DNA from: Chloroflexota bacterium
Lineage (GTDB): Bacteria; Chloroflexota; UBA11872; VXOZ01
Direction: 5' to 3'
Length of the DNA: 64,000 nt
NCBI GenBank assembly: GCA_012270555.1
Contig: JAAXIC010000030.1
Location: 18,097 to 82,096, forward strand
The notes under the pieces were generated by a model that was not told the DNA's origin, ran no database searches, and saw only the letters and a list, made by a program, of their open reading frames with translations. Shown one piece after another: positions 57,900-64,000 of the stretch (positions are counted from its first letter, which is position 1; every line of letters begins with the position of its first letter). Made by a program: the position numbers and the translations under genes.

Positions 57900-58826
57900 G
57901 TGAATGACCCGCGCACACTCCGGCCCATTGAAGCCCTGGCAGAATCCGGTACTCTGCTCAATCGGCGCATCTGGCTTGTCCTGTTGCCGATCGGCTTAGA
58001 CCTGCTCATCTGGCTGGCGCCGCGCGTCATGCTTGGGCCGGAGCTACTCCCTTTGGCAGAAGGATCGCCTTCTTCCCTCGACGAGGGTACAAGCTCAGAA
58101 GGCGGCGACATATTCTCATTCATCCGGCAGTCGAACCTGCTATCACTTCTCCTGGGCGTGTGGGTGCCCTCCCTGGGGATTTCCTCTGCCGGAGCCGAGG
58201 CGAGTAGAACGATGGTCTTGGAATCATACCCCCAATTGCTGTTTGCCTTCGTGCTGCTCCTTCCGATCAGCCTTGTGCTCGGCAGCATCTACCTTGCCTT
58301 GATTGCCTCAGAAGTTCAACAGCGCACGTTGACCTGGGAAATCTTGGTGCCCCGAGTAGCGCGTTTGGCGCTCCGGCTTGCCGGACTAGCCGGCATCTTA
58401 CTGGTAGTTACGGTGGTGCCGTTCACCATTGCTACACTGGTTCTCGTGGTTATCCCCTTCATAGGAACCCTGTTGTTCTTGCTCTCAATCGCTGTATTGC
58501 TTTGGATTGCATTCTACGCCTTCTTCATCGTAGACAGCCTAGCGCTCGTGCGCCAGCGTCTGCCCAGGGTGGCCCGGCTGACTCTCGACCTGATTCACAG
58601 CAACCCGTGGTCCTTTGTCGGCGTCTTCCTGCTGTATTGGCTCATCTCCTTTGGCACGAGCATTGTGTGGAGCGTAATCATGGACTTGGCAATCCTGAAT
58701 ATCGGCATTGGGAGGATTATCGCTACGGTTGGCAATGCCTACGTTGGTACGTGGGTAACGATCGCTATGTTCATGTACGTGTGGAACCGCTTGCTTATCT
58801 TTCGTGGTGAACCCACGGCTCCTTAG
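57900..58826 (+). CDS. Hypothetical polytopic membrane protein
   Basis: 308 aa with about 7 hydrophobic helices. No conserved motif recognised. Confidence 0.4.
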   Translation: MNDPRTLRPIEALAESGTLLNRRIWLVLLPIGLDLLIWLAPRVMLGPELLPLAEGSPSSLDEGTSSEGGDIFSFIRQSNLLSLLLGVWVPSLGISSAGAEASRTMVLESYPQLLFAFVLLLPISLVLGSIYLALIASEVQQRTLTWEILVPRVARLALRLAGLAGILLVVTVVPFTIATLVLVVIPFIGTLLFLLSIAVLLWIAFYAFFIVDSLALVRQRLPRVARLTLDLIHSNPWSFVGVFLLYWLISFGTSIVWSVIMDLAILNIGIGRIIATVGNAYVGTWVTIAMFMYVWNRLLIFRGEPTAP

Positions 58827-58859
58827 CACTCCAAAGCACTCTTACACGAAGGGACGTCT

Positions 58860-60827
58860 ATGGCAAAGAAAGTTATGGAAAACGGCGGCGGCGCTGCGAC
58901 AATCGTAGTCGAACCGGAGCCGACTGCTGCTGATCTAAATGATTATACTGCTGCCGACATCCAGGTCTTGGAAGGACTTGAGCCCGTACGCACGCGCCCG
59001 GGCATGTTCATTGGCAGCACCGACGTTCGCGGACTACACCATCTGGTCTATGAGGTCGTGGATAACAGCGTAGACGAAGCGCTCGCAGGCCTCTGCGACC
59101 GTATCCGCATCACAATTCATGCAGATTGCAGCGTCACCATCGAGGACAATGGCCGCGGCATTCCGGTCGACGTGCATGAGAAGACCGGCGTATCGGCTTT
59201 GGAGACCGTCCTTACCCGGCTGCACGCCGGCGGCAAGTTTGGCGGCAAGAGCTACAAGGTCTCAGGCGGACTCCACGGCGTTGGCGTCTCAATCGTCAAT
59301 GCCCTCTCGACAAAACTCGTTGCGACCGTCTACCAGGCGCCCTCCGTCTACCGGCAAGAGTACCGCAGCGGCGCGCCTCTCGGCCAAATCGAGCAGGTGG
59401 GTACCACCGACCGCAACGGCACCACCATCCATTTCCTGCCTGACAGCGAAATCATGGAGACGCTTGACTACGAATTCAACACCCTCGCGCAGCGTTTCCG
59501 CGAGGTTGCCTATCTCTGTCCTGCGCTCCGCATCGAGTTCCGCGATGAGCGCACCGCGCGCGAACTGACGTTCTACTTCGAGAGCGGTGTCCGCGCCTTT
59601 GTCCATCAAATGAACCGACGGAAGACAATCATCAACAACGAAGAGATCTTCTTCGCCGGGGCAGCGGATTCGCTGCAGCTTGAAGCGGCATTGCAGTATA
59701 CCCAGAGCTTTGACGAGCGCATCTATGCATTTGCGAACACCATCAACAATGTTGACGGCGGCACCCACTTGACCGGATTTCGCTCCGCTCTGACGCGTAC
59801 GCTCAATGACTACGCCCGCAAGCAAAACCTTATCAAGGAAAAAGACCTCTCTCTAACGGGCGACGACGTGCGCACGGGACTGACGGCCGTTATCAGCGTG
59901 CGCCTCACGAATCCCCAATTCGAGGGACAGACCAAAGCCAAGCTCGGCAATTCGGAAGTGCGCGGCTTTGTCGAGACGACAGTCAACGAGAAGCTCGGTC
60001 AATACCTGGAAGAGCATCCCAGCGAAGGCAAGGCCATCATCGAGAAGTGCCTGAACGCCGCACGCGCACGCATTGCCGCGCAAAAGGCGCGGGACATGGT
60101 GTCGCGCAAAGGCTATCTGGATGTCTCCACGCTGCCGGGAAAACTTGCTGACTGCTCCGAGCGCAGCATGGAGAATGCCGAGATCTTCATCGTCGAGGGC
60201 GATTCCGCCGGCGGCAACGCCAAGCAGGGGCGAGAGCGACGTTTCCAGGCAATCCTCCCGCTGCGGGGCAAGATCCTCAATGCCGAACGGACCAACCTCG
60301 ACCGCATGCTCTCGAATGCCGAGATTCGCGCGCTGGTTACGGCGTTGGGCACAAGCATTGGCGAGACGTTCGATATTACGAAACTACGCTACGGCAAGAT
60401 CATCATCATGACCGACGCCGACGTGGACGGCGCCCACATCCGCACGCTCTTGCTCACGTTCTTCTTCCGCTACATGCGCGAAATCATCACCAACCAGCGC
60501 CTCTACATCGCGCAAGCCCCGCTCTATCGCGTGGCCCGCAACCGCGACGTCCACTACGCCTGGAATGACGACGAGCGCGACCGCATACTCAAGGAATTCA
60601 AACGCGCGAATGCCGCTATCCAGCGTTACAAGGGTCTCGGCGAAATGAATGCCGACCAACTGTGGGAGACCACGATGGACCCCGCGCGCCGCAAGCTCCT
60701 GCAGGTCATGCTGGAGGACCAGGCCGCCGTCAGTTTGGTGTTCGACCAGCTCATGGGCGATGACCCGCAAGCGCGTAAACGCTTCATCCAGGCGCACGCC
60801 AAGGAAGTCCAGCATCTCGACGTCTAG
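58860..60827 (+). CDS. gyrB: DNA gyrase subunit B
   Basis: 655 aa, [26 protein letters not shown] ATPase, [21 protein letters not shown]. Confidence 0.9.
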   Translation: MAKKVMENGGGAATIVVEPEPTAADLNDYTAADIQVLEGLEPVRTRPGMFIGSTDVRGLHHLVYEVVDNSVDEALAGLCDRIRITIHADCSVTIEDNGRGIPVDVHEKTGVSALETVLTRLHAGGKFGGKSYKVSGGLHGVGVSIVNALSTKLVATVYQAPSVYRQEYRSGAPLGQIEQVGTTDRNGTTIHFLPDSEIMETLDYEFNTLAQRFREVAYLCPALRIEFRDERTARELTFYFESGVRAFVHQMNRRKTIINNEEIFFAGAADSLQLEAALQYTQSFDERIYAFANTINNVDGGTHLTGFRSALTRTLNDYARKQNLIKEKDLSLTGDDVRTGLTAVISVRLTNPQFEGQTKAKLGNSEVRGFVETTVNEKLGQYLEEHPSEGKAIIEKCLNAARARIAAQKARDMVSRKGYLDVSTLPGKLADCSERSMENAEIFIVEGDSAGGNAKQGRERRFQAILPLRGKILNAERTNLDRMLSNAEIRALVTALGTSIGETFDITKLRYGKIIIMTDADVDGAHIRTLLLTFFFRYMREIITNQRLYIAQAPLYRVARNRDVHYAWNDDERDRILKEFKRANAAIQRYKGLGEMNADQLWETTMDPARRKLLQVMLEDQAAVSLVFDQLMGDDPQARKRFIQAHAKEVQHLDV

Positions 60828-60982
60828 GCGTTTGTGTCATATACTGATGCTTAAACGCCGACTGGGAACCGCTGGGACATGAAGAGACGCGCTGCGTCTT
60901 GCCGCGAAGGGCCGCTCCTAGCCGGTACACGACCACAAGGATTCAATGAAGCATCCTTAAAAGGCAGTGGAGCCGGTGTGAC

Positions 60983-62287
60983 ATGAGCATTACGCCCGAT
61001 AACGCCCAGTTCATTGTACTCAGTTTCGAGGGTCCTGACCGCTACTCTCAAGCCGGTGGACTTGGAACCCGCGTCACCGAGCTTGCTCGTGCCCTCGCGC
61101 AAGCGGGATTCACGACCCACCTCATCTTCATTGGCGACCCCAATCTGCCCTCTATCGAGACGAGCGAATGTGGCAACCTGCGTCTCTATCGCTGGTGCCA
61201 ATGGATCAGCCACTCATACCCCACCGGCGCATACGAGGCCGAATGGGATAAACTCTTCGACTACGCCAACAGCGTTCCCTGGTTCGTCACCGACCGTATT
61301 GTGCGACCCGCCGCCGACCAAGGCCAGCTTACCGTGGTCATGGCGGAAGAGTGGCATACGACGGAAACACTGGCGCGCCTCAGCGATTCCCTCCATTTCA
61401 ACGGCCTCCGCCAACAGTGCGTGCTGCTGTGGAACGCCAATAACGAGTTTGGGTTCGGTCACATTGATCTCCCCCGCCTCGACTTCATTGCCACCATTAC
61501 AACGGTGAGCCGCTTCATGAAGCATCGCCTCTGGGATTGGGGACTGAACCCGCTCGTTTTGCCTAACGGCATTCCGCGCCGGTTACTTGAGAAAGTGCCG
61601 CAGCAACCGGTAAGGCGGCTGCGCAGAGGCATGGCCGCTGATTTTCTGCTCCTGAAGATGGGCCGCTTTGATCCGGATAAGCGCTGGCTCCAAGCCATCG
61701 AGGCTGCGGGCCAGCTCAAGCACGCCGGCCACCGTGTACGCTTCATCGCCCGTGGCGGACTGGAGCCTCATGGCGGCGACGTGTTGCACCGAGCGGCCGA
61801 AATGGGCCTCGTGGTACAAGATATCTATAGCGACAACTCCAATTTGGAGGGGGCATTGGATGCAATTCTCGCTGCCAGCGACCACGCGGATGTCCTAAAT
61901 CTCCGCGATTTCGTGCCGGAGCCGTTGCAACGCGTATTCTATTCGGCGGTTGACGCGGTACTGGCCAACAGCGGCTACGAACCATTCGGACTGGTGGGTC
62001 TGGAGGCGATGGCCTGCGGCGCCGTGGTGGTCACGGGGACTACCGGTGAGGATTACGCCGTACAATTGCACAATGCCCTCTCGGTGGAGACCGACGACCC
62101 GGCAGAATTAGCGAGCTATCTACAACTCGTGCACAGCCAGCCTGACGTGATCAAGCAGATAAAGCGTCATGCGCGGCAGACGGCGGCGCTCTTCACCTGG
62201 GATTCGACCATCCGCGACCTGGTGGGCAAGGTCGAATACCTCGCTGCCAAGCAAGGCATTGACTTGCAGAGCAACGCAGATGGCTGA
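60983..62287 (+). CDS. GT4-family glycosyltransferase (alpha-glucan / glycogen-synthase-like)
   Basis: 434 aa, C-terminal GT-B E..GLVGLEAMACGAVVV motif. Stop overlaps the next start by 8 nt. Confidence 0.7.
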   Translation: MSITPDNAQFIVLSFEGPDRYSQAGGLGTRVTELARALAQAGFTTHLIFIGDPNLPSIETSECGNLRLYRWCQWISHSYPTGAYEAEWDKLFDYANSVPWFVTDRIVRPAADQGQLTVVMAEEWHTTETLARLSDSLHFNGLRQQCVLLWNANNEFGFGHIDLPRLDFIATITTVSRFMKHRLWDWGLNPLVLPNGIPRRLLEKVPQQPVRRLRRGMAADFLLLKMGRFDPDKRWLQAIEAAGQLKHAGHRVRFIARGGLEPHGGDVLHRAAEMGLVVQDIYSDNSNLEGALDAILAASDHADVLNLRDFVPEPLQRVFYSAVDAVLANSGYEPFGLVGLEAMACGAVVVTGTTGEDYAVQLHNALSVETDDPAELASYLQLVHSQPDVIKQIKRHARQTAALFTWDSTIRDLVGKVEYLAAKQGIDLQSNADG

Positions 62288-63485
62288 GAATCTCGTAATC
62301 TACGCCGTCGCACACCAACCGCGGCGCGTGCGACTGCCCGCCAACGTTATCCCACCCGGCACCGCGCCGGAAGAAATGGCGCCGTTCCTCTTCGATGAGA
62401 AGATGAACGAGCGGTACTTTCGCAAAGTAGCCCGCTACTGTTACAAGCCAGCTACGGAACTGTGGCTGCGGCTTCTCGACCGCGGCCTCAAGCTCTGCTT
62501 TGGCATCTCGCTCTCACTAGTCAAGCAAGCGCAGCGTTGGGACCCCAGCGTGCTTGAAGGCTTCAAGCGCATCGTGGCCCACCCCAATACGGAGCTAATT
62601 GGGGTTGATCCCTATCACTCGTTCCTCATGCTGATCGATCTGCCCGCCTTTACTGCACAGATGCAGTCAATGGCGGACGAGTTGAACGGACACTTTGGCA
62701 AACGACCCACGGTAACAGACACAACCGAGATGCTCATTTCTGAGACGATAGTAAGTGCGCTAGAGAGCGCCGGCTTTCGCGGCGCTCTCATGGATGGGCG
62801 GGAATGGATTCTGGGCTGGCGTCAGCCGACGTATCTCTACTACCACCGACCCAGCGTAAAGCTGCTTGCGCGGCACTACGAGCTCAGTGACGACGTCGGC
62901 TACCGCTTTTCGCAACGCCAGTGGGCGGGCTGGCCGCTGATGGCAGACGTCTATGCGCATTGGATACGAAGTGCCAACGGCCAATTCGTGATGGTCGGCT
63001 GGGACTTCGAGACGTTCGGCGAGCACCAGTACTACGATAGCGGCGTATTCGAATTCATGGAGGCGCTGCCTCGTCGCTTGGAACGCGAGGGTGTCACGCC
63101 GGCGACCGCTTCAGAGGTCATCGACGCCTACGGCAGCCAAGCCCATGAGCTTGCGCTGCCGCCGTTTCCCTGCACGTGGGCGGGTTCAGGCGGCGCCGAA
63201 TTCTTCTTGGGCAACGACCCTCAGCGCGCCCTCTTTCAACTCATGACCGCCTGCTACCACAAGGCGCGACTTACCAGCAATGAAACGCTCATCGATCTCG
63301 CTCTCTGGCTCACCCAGTCCGACAATCTCCACCTCATCAATTGGTGGGGGCGTTGGGGCTCTGAGGCGGAAGTATCCGTCTACTTCATGCCCGATGAGTG
63401 GTGGCGCTTGGGCGTGGACGGCATCATTTGGGAGCAGCAGTGCGTCTACAAGAACTTCCTGAAAGCGTTAGATGACTACCTGTAG
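62280..63485 (+). CDS. GH57-family glycoside hydrolase (branching enzyme / amylopullulanase-like)
   Basis: YAVAHQPRR (GH57 region I HQP) and GWDFETFGEH catalytic region. Confidence 0.7.
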   Translation: MAENLVIYAVAHQPRRVRLPANVIPPGTAPEEMAPFLFDEKMNERYFRKVARYCYKPATELWLRLLDRGLKLCFGISLSLVKQAQRWDPSVLEGFKRIVAHPNTELIGVDPYHSFLMLIDLPAFTAQMQSMADELNGHFGKRPTVTDTTEMLISETIVSALESAGFRGALMDGREWILGWRQPTYLYYHRPSVKLLARHYELSDDVGYRFSQRQWAGWPLMADVYAHWIRSANGQFVMVGWDFETFGEHQYYDSGVFEFMEALPRRLEREGVTPATASEVIDAYGSQAHELALPPFPCTWAGSGGAEFFLGNDPQRALFQLMTACYHKARLTSNETLIDLALWLTQSDNLHLINWWGRWGSEAEVSVYFMPDEWWRLGVDGIIWEQQCVYKNFLKALDDYL

Positions 63486-63732
63486 TCTGTCTAGGAAACT
63501 AGCAACTCTCTCAGTTCAGCACATGACCCGGACGTGGTTGTTCGCCCAAACCGCAGCGCCCTTGCCAAGCACCCATTTCCCACCATCACCCGGTATGCTA
63601 AGCGTAGTCCAGCATTTCAGTCTGCGTAGCGAGAGCGGCTCAAGCGCGCCACATGCGGCGTCCCGGTCCCCTCATCCGAACTTTCGTTGCCGACCGGGCG
63701 GCAGCCGTTAGCGGAAACCGGATTTAAAAACC

Positions 63733-64000
63733 ATGCAAACTGATGCGGCTGAGACAATGCGACGGCGAATTGCCATTGTGGGCGGAGGTATTTCAGGATT
63801 GGGCGCCGCTTGGGCGCTGCACCATAGTTCGGACCGGTTTGACTTTCGGCTGTTCGAGGCACAGGCACAAATCGGCGGCAATGCCATTACCGCCGACATG
63901 CCGCAAGCTGACGGGACATCCATCCCATTCGACATTTCCGTCACCGCCTGCATTCCGTCGGTCTATCATCACATCCTGCTGTTGATGGAGAAGTTTGGCA
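63733..64000 (+). CDS. FAD-dependent oxidoreductase (amine-oxidase / phytoene-desaturase-like), N-terminal fragment running off the window end
   Basis: Frame-1 translation MQTDAAETMRRRIAIVGGGISGLGAAWAL... shows a GxGxxG dinucleotide-binding fold. Not in the ORF track because it has no stop inside the window. Confidence 0.5.
   Translation, partial: MQTDAAETMRRRIAIVGGGISGLGAAWALHHSSDRFDFRLFEAQAQIGGNAITADMPQADGTSIPFDISVTACIPSVYHHILLLMEKFG

Overview
This 64 kb window is a gene-dense, high-GC bacterial chromosomal segment with AT-richer intergenic regions. I found no rRNA, tRNA, CRISPR array or transposase. Most of it is core housekeeping: a pyrR-pyrB-pyrC-carA-carB-pyrK operon, fabD-fabG-accC-nusB, rpmF/yceD/coaD, rpmB, recG, pcrA, queA, gpsA, gyrB, murG and rsmD. 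The 5' end (1-8.5 kb) carries a complete-looking N-methylglutamate (NMG) methylamine-utilisation cluster. It has split glutamate-synthase-like genes (a GXGXG-domain fragment and an FMN-domain gene), a four-subunit sarcosine-oxidase-like dehydrogenase in the unusual order delta-alpha-gamma-beta, and a GmaS-like glutamine-synthetase-family gene. Next comes an unusual locus at 8.7-15 kb. It holds an M14-like protein and two tandem paralogous orphan Tat-lipoprotein solute-binding proteins. Each binding-protein gene appears monocistronic, with a long structured leader and its own terminator. Between them sits a leaderless subtilisin-like peptidase whose catalytic Asp and Ser appear replaced by Glu and Cys. 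Other points worth a second look are a Psr/Ttr-like molybdoenzyme whose FeS subunit is fused to the NrfD membrane anchor, and a low-GC islet encoding a NucS/DUF91-like PD-(D/E)XK nuclease with an unknown C-terminal domain. There is also a 260-bp MITE-like element with perfect 18-bp terminal inverted repeats, a 34-bp tandem repeat, a PyrR-type attenuator, and an iron(III)-type ABC transporter behind a long leader carrying a perfect 16-bp palindrome. All protein calls rest on motif-level recognition from the six-frame translations; no database search was possible.
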